DNA of 64,000 bases from Leptolyngbyaceae cyanobacterium (GTDB lineage: Bacteria > Cyanobacteriota > Cyanobacteriia > Phormidesmidales > Phormidesmidaceae): contig JBHJHA010000011.1 of assembly GCA_050331235.1 (NCBI GenBank), forward strand, positions 32,001-96,000. Direction: 5' to 3'. Below the pieces are notes generated by a model, which saw only the letters and a list, made by a program, of their open reading frames with translations, searched no databases and was not told the origin of the DNA. Below, in pieces: positions 1-9,696 of the stretch (its first letter is position 1; each line of letters opens with the position of its first letter). The position numbers and the translations under genes were made by a program.

Positions 1-2051
1 TTGTTGCCCGGCCGCCGCTCAGGCGGAGTTGGGATTTTGCGGCGACCGGACAAATATGCTCCGGTCAGGGACTGCTCAGCCTCAAGTAGAGCTAGTAGTG
101 AGCCCTCAGCTACGATACGGCCTCCGTGCACCCCGGCGCCCGGCCCGATATCGACTAGATGATCCGCCGCCCGAATGGTATCTTCATCATGCTCCACGAC
201 AATCAACGTGTTGCCGATGTCTCGCAGATGATGCAAAGTTCTGAGCAAGCGATCATTATCCCGTTGGTGCAGGCCAATGCTGGGCTCATCTAGCACATAA
301 AGCACTCCAGTGAGACCAGAGCCAATCTGGGTAGCCAGCCGAATGCGCTGGGCTTCCCCACCAGAAAGGGTCATCGCCGTCCGATGTAGGGTCAAGTAAT
401 CTAGTCCCACATCCAGCATAAACTGCAAGCGAGCGCGAATTTCCTTCAGAACAAGATCACCAATTTGCCGCTGCCGATCTGACAGTAATGGTGGCTGGTC
501 GGCGTCTCCCACTAAAGTAATGATCCGTTCCAAGCATTCGCGAATGGACACATCTGTCAAATCGTTGATGGTGTAAGGCCCCATACGCACCGAAAGGGAT
601 TCGGGCTTGAGCCGCGCCCCTTGGCAAACTTCACAGGGTTGATCAATGAGATATTTCTCAAGCTTCTGTTTATAGCTCTCAGAAGACGCTTCGCGGTATT
701 GCCGTTCTAAAATGGGCAATACCCCTTCATAGGCACGGTGATAGCCTTTTTTATCCCGATAGCGAGAATCCGTCTCGATGTAAATCTTTTCTTTAGAACC
801 GTGCAAAATGATGTGCTGCTGTTCCGGCGTCAGGGTTTCCCACCGATCCTGAATCTCAAACCCAAAGGCCTGACCGACGCTATATAGCAGTGAGAAATAG
901 TAAGTATTATCTTTTTCTGACCAGGGGGCGATCGCTGCATACACTGGCAGCGTCGGATCCGGCACCACTAAATCTGCCGTAAAGGCCCGCAAACTACCTA
1001 GCCCATGGCAGTGGGGACAAGCGCCATAGGGAGAGTTGAACGAGAACAGGCGCGGCGACAGTTCCTCAATCACGGCACCGTGCTCGGGGCAGGCAAAGTT
1101 TTCTGAAAACACCAGCTCACTGGGCAGAACCGGACTTGATTGGGTAGCGTAATTTCCACCCTTTTCAGCGGCTCTCGGCAGAGAATCGGACAACGCCTTG
1201 GGATTAAGCGGTACCACCTTATTGGTGGTCTCGGTAGTACGCTCCGGTAGCACATCAATCACAGCAATGCCGTCTGAACGCTTGAGACAGGTCGTTAATG
1301 AATCTGCCAGTCGCTCTTGCAAACCGTCTTTTTTGACTAAGCGGTCAACCACCACCTCGATGGTGTGGACATGGTTTTTGTTGAGCTCGATATTGTCATT
1401 GAGGTCACGAATTTCGCCATCAATGCGCACACGAACAAAACCTTCGGCAGCCAACGCCGACAGCAGCTTTTGATGGGTCCCTTTTTTACCCCGGACAACC
1501 GGCGCCAAGATCTGGAAGCGGGTGCGATCAGGCAGTTCCATGACGCGATCCAGCATTTGATCAAGGGTCTGGGGCGAGATTGAGCGATCGCAGTGCGGAC
1601 AGTGGGGTTCACCCGCCCGCCCAAACAGCAATCGTAGATAGTCGTAGATCTCAGTAACGGTGCCAACCGTCGAGCGAGGGTTATGCGAAGTCGATTTTTG
1701 ATCGATCGAAATGGCCGGGCTGAGTCCCTCAATGGCATCCACATCAGGCTTATCTACCTGGCCCAAAAATTGCCGGGCATAAGCGCTTAGGGATTCTACA
1801 TAGCGCCGCTGTCCCTCGGCAAAGATAGTATCAAAAGCTAGGGAGGACTTCCCTGAGCCGGAGACGCCGGTGAAGACGATGAGCTGGTTGCGGGGCAGCT
1901 CTAAATCAACATTCTTCAGATTGTGCTGTCGTGCGCCGCGCACCCGAATGATGTCATCATCCTCAGCAGCGGCAGCATTAGGATGATGACCGTTATGACC
2001 GTTTAAGTCAGTGTCTAGGTCAGCTTCAGTAGCGGAATGAGACCGGGGCAT
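1..2051 (-). CDS. uvrA: Excinuclease ABC subunit A (5' part; gene runs off the left edge of the window)
   Basis: Missed by the ORF track because the frame is open to the edge. Manual minus-strand translation from the ATG at 2051 gives [52 protein letters not shown] zinc fingers and [37 protein letters not shown]. Confidence 0.97.
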   Translation of the reverse strand, partial: MPRSHSATEADLDTDLNGHNGHHPNAAAAEDDDIIRVRGARQHNLKNVDLELPRNQLIVFTGVSGSGKSSLAFDTIFAEGQRRYVESLSAYARQFLGQVDKPDVDAIEGLSPAISIDQKSTSHNPRSTVGTVTEIYDYLRLLFGRAGEPHCPHCDRSISPQTLDQMLDRVMELPDRTRFQILAPVVRGKKGTHQKLLSALAAEGFVRVRIDGEIRDLNDNIELNKNHVHTIEVVVDRLVKKDGLQERLADSLTTCLKRSDGIAVIDVLPERTTETTNKVVPLNPKALSDSLPRAAEKGGNYATQSSPVLPSELVFSENFACPEHGAVIEELSPRLFSFNSPYGACPHCHGLGSLRAFTADLVVPDPTLPVYAAIAPWSEKDNTYYFSLLYSVGQAFGFEIQDRWETLTPEQQHIILHGSKEKIYIETDSRYRDKKGYHRAYEGVLPILERQYREASSESYKQKLEKYLIDQPCEVCQGARLKPESLSVRMGPYTINDLTDVSIRECLERIITLVGDADQPPLLSDRQRQIGDLVLKEIRARLQFMLDVGLDYLTLHRTAMTLSGGEAQRIRLATQIGSGLTGVLYVLDEPSIGLHQRDNDRLLRTLHHLRDIGNTLIVVEHDEDTIRAADHLVDIGPGAGVHGGRIVAEGSLLALLEAEQSLTGAYLSGRRKIPTPPERRPGN

Positions 2052-2145
2052 AGTGCAAAATCCAGCACGTCAAGAACTGCTTGCGAAACAGTTCTTCACA
2101 CTATAACCTGTGGCCTCAAGTCCTGTGGGCAGGTTGTGCCGATAT

Positions 2146-3960
2146 CTATCCGCAAGATTGAGACAAGGCAGGAGAAAAGGTCTGACTCAATGATAAGGTC
2201 CGACCGAGTAGCCGCTGGTAGGCAGTTTGGGCTGGCTCAAATTGAGGTTGTAGTTCAGTCGCCCGCTGATAGGAAGTAATGGCGTCCCGATACCGTGAGA
2301 GTGCTTCCAACATGCGTCCGTGCTGATACCAGGCCCAATGGTTTTGCGGTTGCAGTCGGGTCACATTGCTATAGGCTTTGGCTGCTCGTTTGGGATGGTC
2401 GAGCTCCTCTAACACGGTACCGAGACGAAACCAAGCCACATGGTCATTGGGCTGAAAGCGAATCACTGTGTTGTAGGCGATCGCCGCCGCGGCCAACTGC
2501 TGCTGGTTTTCGAGCGCCATGCCACGCATTAACCACATGGTGGCGTCCTGAGGATTTTCCCTAAGAGCCTGATCGCAGGCGGCGATCGCATCATCATAAT
2601 GCTGCAAGGTGTACAGCTGATCGACCCGCTTTAGCGCGACGAGCAAACGTTTGCGATTATTGAGCGCCAGTTGAAAATCTGGTTTGAGCTCAATGGCACG
2701 ATCATAGGCGGCCAGAGCCTCGTCAACGCGGTCGAGGTGCTCCAACACCTGACCGCGATCCGCCCAGGCCCAATAATTTTTGGGCTGTAGCTTCAACACT
2801 TCCTCAAAGGCTGTAAGTGCTTCTGCATGTTGCCCTAGCTGCTCTTGCATTTTGCCCAGCTTAAGCCAGGCTAGATAATCTTCTGGCTGGCGCTGAGTCA
2901 CCGTTCGATAAGCAGCAATCGCCAACCGATATTGTGCTGTGTGTTCTAAAGCCAAGCCCAGCTTAAACCAAGCGGTTACAGCATTGGGCTGTACCTTGAC
3001 CACCTTCTCGTAGGCCCGGGCTGCCTCGTGAAACCGGTTTTGCTCAAACAGCTCATCGGCCCTTTCGAGCCAAGCAATATGGGCCTCCAGCGCCTGCGAA
3101 CTCATCTCAATCGGAGAAATCACCGCTGGCTGGGTAAAGGCGATCGCTTGATTCAGTGCCCGCAATGCCTCACTCGCATTCGCGTATCTTTGCCGATAGT
3201 CATAGCGCACCATCTTATCGAGTACGTCAGCCAGCTCAGGGCGTACAGCAACAAGCTCTCGCCACATCAGCTCACTCGTTCGGGGATCTTTAGGAATCCG
3301 TTTTGGATCGAGGCCTGTAAGTGCTTGCAAAGCCAAAATGCCCACCGCATAAATGTCGCTACTCAAACAAGGATGGCCCGCCAGTTGTTCATTGGGCATG
3401 TATCCTAACGAGCCAATGGCAACCGTCATACTGTGCGGTTCGTGGACTCCGACGACCTGACCACTAATTTGCTTTACCGCACCAAAGTCAATCAGCTCAA
3501 TTTTGCGATCGCGACGACGACGAATTAAATTAGACGGCTTAATGTCACGGTGAATGACTTGGTGCTCATGGACCACACAGAGCGTGGTCAAGATGTCTTG
3601 GACAATTTCAACCGTTTGCGATTCGGAAAGTTGAGTGCTGCCGTTGATTTCCTCAGTGAGTAACGAACCGGCCACGAACTCCTGCGCCAGATAAAAATGC
3701 CCGTTCTCTTCAAAATGCGCCAACAGACGGGGAATCTGATCATGATTGCCCAATACGTAGAGAGCCTCGGCTTCGCTATTAAACAGCCGTCGAGCCGAGT
3801 CCAGCGAGATCCCGTCCCGACTGCGCAGCTGCAGACGCTTGACAACACAGCAAGGGTTACCGGGCAAATGTAGGTCGCTGGCCAAAAAAGTCTGGCCAAA
3901 ACCACCAGCACCCAGATGCTGAATAATGCTGTATCGGTTGCCTAAGATTTGAAGGGACAT
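2146..3960 (-). CDS. Hanks-type Ser/Thr protein kinase with C-terminal TPR repeats
   Basis: LGAGGFGQTFLA, HRDIKPSN, IDFG and SDIY kinase motifs, followed by multiple TPR units (AWFKLG, AWLKLG, AWADRG, AWYQHG). ATG at 3960 preferred over the upstream TTG. Confidence 0.92.
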   Translation of the reverse strand: MSLQILGNRYSIIQHLGAGGFGQTFLASDLHLPGNPCCVVKRLQLRSRDGISLDSARRLFNSEAEALYVLGNHDQIPRLLAHFEENGHFYLAQEFVAGSLLTEEINGSTQLSESQTVEIVQDILTTLCVVHEHQVIHRDIKPSNLIRRRRDRKIELIDFGAVKQISGQVVGVHEPHSMTVAIGSLGYMPNEQLAGHPCLSSDIYAVGILALQALTGLDPKRIPKDPRTSELMWRELVAVRPELADVLDKMVRYDYRQRYANASEALRALNQAIAFTQPAVISPIEMSSQALEAHIAWLERADELFEQNRFHEAARAYEKVVKVQPNAVTAWFKLGLALEHTAQYRLAIAAYRTVTQRQPEDYLAWLKLGKMQEQLGQHAEALTAFEEVLKLQPKNYWAWADRGQVLEHLDRVDEALAAYDRAIELKPDFQLALNNRKRLLVALKRVDQLYTLQHYDDAIAACDQALRENPQDATMWLMRGMALENQQQLAAAAIAYNTVIRFQPNDHVAWFRLGTVLEELDHPKRAAKAYSNVTRLQPQNHWAWYQHGRMLEALSRYRDAITSYQRATELQPQFEPAQTAYQRLLGRTLSLSQTFSPALSQSCG

Positions 3961-4567
3961 GCGGTCGCACCCATAACGCCATTGGCGTAGCCTGTTTCGG
4001 TCTGTGTTCGTCAAAAAAAGCTCAACAATACCAGCTGCTCTATGAAAACAAAATCTGCCTATGCTCTAACAGGTTTTCACCGGCAATGAACAGAGTGATT
4101 TTGCTGAACTCTTGCTTTACTATCCCTGTAAGCCACGCCTGATAATACTTGTAGAAGTACACATCAGTTCCGTCACGAATGGTCTCTAGAACCGAGAGCT
4201 ATCCATAGTGTCACCACGAAATTTCAAAAGCGATCTAATTCTTGCCAGCACTTTGCAAAATTTTCATCTGGTGAAGCTATCTCGCGAAGTTAATGTCCGC
4301 AAATCTATCTTTGAGAGTTGTCAGGGCAGTTTTTCCAGAGTTAATGCGGCCCGCAGCCAAGGTTGCCTAAATTAAACATCTGGTCAACGTCCTGGTTGTT
4401 AGCGACTGACCGATCAAGGCGATGTCCATCCCCCTCATTCATCACTCGCTGTCTGCGTCAGTTTTCACAGCATATACAGACCCCGGATAGCGCTCAACGG
4501 TTCCCTCAGATGGGCACGCTAGGGAGGAGGCGATCGCCTTCAAAACCCCTAAATCAGGAAATCAGTC

Positions 4568-5206
4568 ATGCTGTTCGATCGCATTTTGGAAGATAGTCTT
4601 GGGTTCATTCGCCGTAAACTGTGGTCGGCAAAAACTTCAGAATCCTCCGCCCAACATCCTTTCCATCCCAGCAAGTCAGTGGATGGCGATTTCGGCATTA
4701 TCCATCTACTTGAGCCTCGAGACACGCCCCGTGCTGTACGAACTTGGATTTTCACACCTAAGCGCAAAGATCTCAATTCAACCAACATGGTGGCAACATC
4801 CACACCGATGGACTTACACATCTACACCGACTTTTTAGGTCCCTTGCCCAGCAACACCACGCCCTCCGCATTGGAGCAACATCAACTAGCAGAAAATCAG
4901 CGGCAGCAAGGTATTTCCATCCCCACCCACCGTATCCAAATCCTAAAAGCCAGTCACTTTCTCAATGCGGATGGCTTCTACACGCTAGAGGTGTTGCACT
5001 GGCAAGATATTGACTGCTATCCCCCTCAAGGTAGTCAGCTCTCTGGCAGCGCCTCAGATATTATTGCTACACACTTTACCGATGGCCTCGCCTTTGAGTG
5101 TTTGAAGATTCCGAAGCCCTTGCAAGCAAAGCCGGATGAGTGGGGTCAGGTCATAGAGGAAATTCTGGGGGAAACCAAGGCCAAATTTCTGCCCAAATCG
5201 TTATAA
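4568..5206 (+). CDS. Hypothetical protein (212 aa)
   Basis: Long ATG-started ORF with an AGGA upstream. No recognisable motif. Confidence 0.6.
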   Translation: MLFDRILEDSLGFIRRKLWSAKTSESSAQHPFHPSKSVDGDFGIIHLLEPRDTPRAVRTWIFTPKRKDLNSTNMVATSTPMDLHIYTDFLGPLPSNTTPSALEQHQLAENQRQQGISIPTHRIQILKASHFLNADGFYTLEVLHWQDIDCYPPQGSQLSGSASDIIATHFTDGLAFECLKIPKPLQAKPDEWGQVIEEILGETKAKFLPKSL

Positions 5207-5281
5207 ATGAGCTGAAGGTGAGGAATCTTTGCATCCGCTTTCAAGCGTCCACCTGGGATATCAGCAAACATATCGAGTTAA

Positions 5282-5353
5282 TGGGCGATACTGGGTTCGA
5301 ACCAGTGACCTCTTCCGTGTGAAGGAAGCGCGCTACCACTGTGCTAATCGCCC
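5282..5353 (-). tRNA. trnV: tRNA-Val (anticodon CAC)
   Basis: Reverse complement GGGCGATTAGCACAGTGGTAGCGCGCTTCCTTCACACGGAAGAGGTCACTGGTTCGAACCCAGTATCGCCCA folds as a cloverleaf: stem CTTCC/GGAAG around TT-CAC-AC, GTTCGAA T-loop. CCA is not encoded. Confidence 0.95.
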
Positions 5354-5466
5354 TTGGGCTCTTGAGAATAACACGTTGAGCAGAGTTATGAAACCTCACT
5401 TTTCAGATTAAGGCACAGTCAAGGAGCCGCCAACGGTGAGACGTCGAATCACAGCCCGTCAGCATC

Positions 5467-5943
5467 TCACCCAATGTTGGCATTGACGTCGGTCATGCTT
5501 TGAGACTCTTGTAGATGAGTTTGGATCATCGCTTGAAACTCGGTCTTCTGTATCTCAGTTCCCTGCTTAAGATTGCCCGGCACGTCAAAAAAGATGATGC
5601 TGTCTAGGCCCTTGAGTGCCAGCATTTGAAACAAAATATGCGTTACTGGTGTGGGAATTGCCATAATCTGGGGGTTTTTTGCCATCCCTGGATCTGACGC
5701 CGCATCTTTAAGTGTGGGAAACCCATACAAAACGTTTTTGCGATTGTTGGGATCTCGCCGGTTGCTGAGAGTCGTCATGACCCAGCTTTTACTGAGGGTC
5801 TGCAAAATGTAGTATTGGCGATGTTTTAGACGATTGGCGATCGCTAGCAACACTGGCGAAATGGCTTCCACCGTTGGCCCAGTTACTCCATCATCGGGCG
5901 CATCTTGGATCAAACTTTGAATTTGTTGCTGTAGGTCGTCCAT
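5467..5943 (-). CDS. Conserved cyanobacterial hypothetical protein, divergent from hetZ
   Basis: 158-aa ATG ORF with plausible globular composition. Confidence 0.7.
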   Translation of the reverse strand: MDDLQQQIQSLIQDAPDDGVTGPTVEAISPVLLAIANRLKHRQYYILQTLSKSWVMTTLSNRRDPNNRKNVLYGFPTLKDAASDPGMAKNPQIMAIPTPVTHILFQMLALKGLDSIIFFDVPGNLKQGTEIQKTEFQAMIQTHLQESQSMTDVNANIG

Positions 5944-6219
5944 AGGTTAGGAGTGCATCTGTTAAAGAACTAATTGCGCATCACCTCATCCACGACCAAG
6001 TTAGCCCGAGTAGCCAGCACCAAATCGATGAACCGCAATGCCAGTCTATGCTAGTACACTCTCAGGGGCCTAGGCGCAGAGTGTTCGCCACGATATCACC
6101 CAAATCGTTTATCAATCCAGAGGTCATCTTTCGTAGTTAGTGCCTGAGAGTTGCACGATCAAAAGTTTCCTGTGTTAGTGTTTGAAGGATCATCTGCATC
6201 GGGGTAGTTCTTCCGACGC

Positions 6220-7329
6220 GTGGAAGCACTTTCAAACAAACTTTACCAAGAACTAAAGCAAACAGTTCGCGCTTCTGATAGGGATTGCTGGGCTACCACC
6301 CAACGCCTGAGCGACGAAGTGGAGCGGATTTGTGAGCAGAGTCAGCGCATTCAAGAGTCTGGAGAGGTTGATACTTGGGCTCACAATCTCGGTATGCATC
6401 GGCTCAATCAATGCTTAAAATACTACCGCCTGGGCTCTTTTAAAGGCCGAGTAGAACTACATAGTACACTGAGTGCCATCGTATACCGATACATCTCGCC
6501 CCCTCATACGCAAGCCACCTACCAAGCTCGGCTCAACTTAATAGAAGATTTCCTCCAAAATTTTTATCTAGAAGCCCTTAATGCCTTTCGCCGGGAAAAC
6601 AATACTGCGATTGACTACCAGCCTCGGACCTTGCTACAGCTTGCTGAGTACATGGCCTTTACTGAGCGCTACGGCAAACGTCGCATTCCGCTACCCGGTC
6701 GTCGGAGTCAGCAGTTGATCATTCTTCGGGCTCAAACCTTTGCGAAACAGCAGCCGCCTGAGGCCACCGTTGATATTGATAAAGCTACTGACGGGGGAGG
6801 GGGTGACGCCGATGAAACCAGAGAAGCGTTGCCAACTAAGCGGTTGCGCGATGCCTTGGTTGCCCAACAAGAGGATTTACCGGAAGAAGTCCTGCGTAAC
6901 CGGGTAATTGAGGCATTACTCAATTATCTCAAAGAGCGGAATCAAGAAGACTGTGCAGATTACTTCACCCTACGCTTACTTGATCTCCCTACCCCCGAGA
7001 TCGAAGCCATTTTGAACCTAACGCCACGGCAAAGAGACTATTTACAACAACGGTTTAAGTATCATTTAGTACGATTTTCCCTATCTCACCATTGGGATAT
7101 TGTGCATGAGTGGCTAGAAGCAGACTTAGAGCGGAATTTGGGGTTAGCACCTCAACAGTGGCATGAGTTGCTGTCAGGAATCGACGCAACCCAGGCTAAG
7201 CTCTTGCAATTCAAGCAAGATGGCCTGGATGATGTGTCTATTGCGAAAAGATTGGGGATTACATCTACTCAATTACAAAAGCAATGGACTAAGTTGCTGG
7301 AGCAGGCTTGGGAAATTCGCAACCTTTAG
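6220..7329 (+). CDS. hetZ: HetZ-family regulator (sigma-like C-terminal HTH)
   Basis: GRVELHSTLSAIVYRYI, LIEDFLQNFYLEALNAFRRE, LAEYMAFTERYGKRRIPLPGRRSQQLIILRAQTF and LTPRQRDYLQQRFKYH are typical of HetZ. Followed by patU. Confidence 0.88.
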   Translation: MEALSNKLYQELKQTVRASDRDCWATTQRLSDEVERICEQSQRIQESGEVDTWAHNLGMHRLNQCLKYYRLGSFKGRVELHSTLSAIVYRYISPPHTQATYQARLNLIEDFLQNFYLEALNAFRRENNTAIDYQPRTLLQLAEYMAFTERYGKRRIPLPGRRSQQLIILRAQTFAKQQPPEATVDIDKATDGGGGDADETREALPTKRLRDALVAQQEDLPEEVLRNRVIEALLNYLKERNQEDCADYFTLRLLDLPTPEIEAILNLTPRQRDYLQQRFKYHLVRFSLSHHWDIVHEWLEADLERNLGLAPQQWHELLSGIDATQAKLLQFKQDGLDDVSIAKRLGITSTQLQKQWTKLLEQAWEIRNL

Positions 7330-8402
7330 ATTTAATTTTGCACGGTGATTTGAATTGTCCGGAAGGGGTTCTACAAGCTATGAAGAGTGACGCAGATACG
7401 ATTCGGAGTTTTCTACTTGGGCTCTTAGAGCACTTTGGCCGGATAGATTCTTCGCCATCAGGGAAGGTTGACGATTTACCCGGAAATTTACCGCCAGTAG
7501 ATCCTGCTTCCGCGATCGCCCCATCTCCTCGCAGCTCGACTCCGGGTTCATCCAACCCAGTCACGCGCGGGGCATCGTCAGCCTTTATATCTGTTGAAAT
7601 GCCCCCCATCTCAGAACTTGGAGAGTTACCTTCTGTGCAAGACCATTTTCAGACTGTGCTTAAACGCCGTCTCCAGAGTGAAATCAGCCAAAAGCCCCCG
7701 CTATTTCCTTGGGAGACCAGCACGACCGATTATCCTGTAGAGCTTTCTGCCCAAGAGGCTCTGCCTTGGATGGCGCAGCTGCGATCGCTCGCGCTGCCAA
7801 CGACCTTACCTGACGATATTTTGGCCGGACTGCTTGACCGCTGTCAGGCATTGCTAGTGGAGTCGCTACAGCCCGGTGTGCAACTAGTCCAAGCAGTCGA
7901 AAGTTTGTTTCCCCATCAGCCCCAAGCGATGGATCAGATCGCAGGCTTGGTCTTGGCCAATACCACCGTTCGCGGCACTGGCCGCACCAATGCTGAAGCA
8001 CTCAAGGCCGCTTTTCCCGACGGCTACGAGGGCGCTAACCCGCAGCAGCAAGTTACCTTGACGATGCTAGCGGCCCAGGATATTTTTAACACCCTAACCC
8101 TAGCGCTAACGTCGGAGGTTCCCCTACAACGGCGGCAATGGTTGACTGCCGAGGGAACTATTACAGTCTCAGCTCACTTCCAAGCCGGCACGCCTGCCCA
8201 GGTTAGTCTGATGGCGCAGGTACCTCAGGCCAGCCAAATGGTCTTGCCCAGCTTGGGAAAATCGGTCACTCAGACCCAAGCTGGAACACTCAGCCTGACG
8301 CTACCGGCTCCAGTCAAGGGCCAAGTCTATCCCCTACAAATTTTTTATGACGGGGTGAATGCTGAGCCTTTAACCTTTGCCATATCCACTGTGGCGGACT
8401 AG
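7308..8402 (+). CDS. patU: PatU-family protein
   Basis: VQDHFQTVLKRRLQSEISQKPPLFPWE signature; lies directly after and overlaps hetZ. Start is uncertain (ATG at 7380 is possible). Confidence 0.8.
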   Translation: MGNSQPLDLILHGDLNCPEGVLQAMKSDADTIRSFLLGLLEHFGRIDSSPSGKVDDLPGNLPPVDPASAIAPSPRSSTPGSSNPVTRGASSAFISVEMPPISELGELPSVQDHFQTVLKRRLQSEISQKPPLFPWETSTTDYPVELSAQEALPWMAQLRSLALPTTLPDDILAGLLDRCQALLVESLQPGVQLVQAVESLFPHQPQAMDQIAGLVLANTTVRGTGRTNAEALKAAFPDGYEGANPQQQVTLTMLAAQDIFNTLTLALTSEVPLQRRQWLTAEGTITVSAHFQAGTPAQVSLMAQVPQASQMVLPSLGKSVTQTQAGTLSLTLPAPVKGQVYPLQIFYDGVNAEPLTFAISTVAD

Positions 8403-8430
8403 ATCACACCGCTTCATTCAACCCTATGGT

Positions 8431-8478
8431 CTGACAGCCGACTTATCGAGAAGGTGAGTCGGCTGTCAGTCTTTTCTT
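8431..8478 (+). terminator. Rho-independent terminator after hetZ-patU
   Basis: CTGACAGCCGAC...GTCGGCTGTCAG 12-bp stem followed by TCTTTTCTT. Confidence 0.7.
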
Positions 8479-8733
8479 AATCGCACTGCCCCACGGCTGC
8501 TGTGTCATCTTGGCAGGTGGCGATCACTCAAGGTCAGTAGTGTCCAGACCCAAATACACCCGAAAGAATTGCAACATTCCAATCACTAAGCGGTACCCTT
8601 GACGCAGATTGGGCTCTATCTAAACCGGGCACCATCCACCTGATGCGGTTTCCGTCCCATTAACAGTGATGGATATTGCTCTAATCGATCCGTCCGTATT
8701 GGTCATCTTGGCAGCGTTACGCTTGGCAGCATT

Positions 8734-9207
8734 ATGAAAGCATTTTTACTTGGTATTACCAAACTCATTTTGGGCACGTCGCTCGCCTTGGTATTGCTGT
8801 CACTGGCGGGCGTAGCCACTGCTCGCTATTTTATGGCTAAGCTGTCGGTGCTACCACCCAAGCCAGTATTTGAAAATGATGTGGTCTTACAAGCGGCAGA
8901 CGCGCCTCCCCCGGAGGTTCCTCAGGAGACAGCGCCCACAGCAGCGGTTCCTCCTCCCATCGCTGAAAACCCGCCCGGTAGCTACGAGGCGATTGTGACT
9001 CAGCCGATTGGGTTAGTGATGCGATCAGGGCCGGGTGCAGAGCATCAGCAATTGGGTGGGGTAGACTACAACGACGAGGTCTTAGTGTTAGAAGCCGATG
9101 GCTCGGGGAGTTGGATAAAAGTGCGAGTCAGTAATACTGGACAAGAGGGATGGATCAAAGCAGGCAATACCCGCAGCCTCGATGAACCCGCAGCCACTCC
9201 CCAATAG
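8734..9207 (+). CDS. Membrane-anchored bacterial SH3 (SH3b) domain protein
   Basis: N-terminal hydrophobic helix, Pro-rich linker, then GLVMRSGPG...WIKVRV...GQEGWIK SH3b pattern. Confidence 0.85.
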   Translation: MKAFLLGITKLILGTSLALVLLSLAGVATARYFMAKLSVLPPKPVFENDVVLQAADAPPPEVPQETAPTAAVPPPIAENPPGSYEAIVTQPIGLVMRSGPGAEHQQLGGVDYNDEVLVLEADGSGSWIKVRVSNTGQEGWIKAGNTRSLDEPAATPQ

Positions 9208-9322
9208 AAAAGCTGACGATAAGCCGACGATCAATATCACAGCGGCGATCGAGTCAAGTCGTTTGCAATCATCCAGCAATTGGGTGGCAGGAATGGAGAC
9301 CCGGATAAGACGTTTTCAACGC

Positions 9323-9682
9323 TTACTTCCAACCGGCTTGCGCCTGCTGCCAAACATAGGTCGCTAATTGCTCGATTTCTTTTGCCGTCAAGCGATCGCC
9401 ATAGGCAGACATCGCGCCTTTACCGTAGGTGATCAGCTCAGCAATATCGTCTATTGAAGTTAAACCGTTACGTTTGAGAGCGCGTTGTTTTAGCGTTTTA
9501 CCACGCCGAACAATATTGCCTCCGTGGGCATGACACCCAGCGCAGTGAATTTGAAATAGATGATTTGCGCTTACCGGGTCTGTTCTCCTTGGCTGGCTGG
9601 CCTCAGCGGCAGAGACCCATAAGGTCCAGATCATTAAGAAGGTGAATAGCACCTTCAATACCGGCCAATGCAAAGCTGTCAT
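9323..9682 (-). CDS. Cytochrome c6-like protein (c6B/c6C type)
   Basis: Signal peptide, CAGCH haem-binding motif, GGNIV, and GKGAMSAYG with the axial Met. Confidence 0.88.
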   Translation of the reverse strand: MTALHWPVLKVLFTFLMIWTLWVSAAEASQPRRTDPVSANHLFQIHCAGCHAHGGNIVRRGKTLKQRALKRNGLTSIDDIAELITYGKGAMSAYGDRLTAKEIEQLATYVWQQAQAGWK

Positions 9683-9696
9683 ATCTTTTGGAGCTC

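Noticed and set aside
5140..5411. Two 60-aa ORFs
   Set aside because: They are antisense to tRNA-Val and spurious.
6066..6076. GGGCCTAGGCG upstream of hetZ as a HetR box
   Set aside because: It only partly matches GGG-N5-CCC (the right half is GCG), which is too weak to call.
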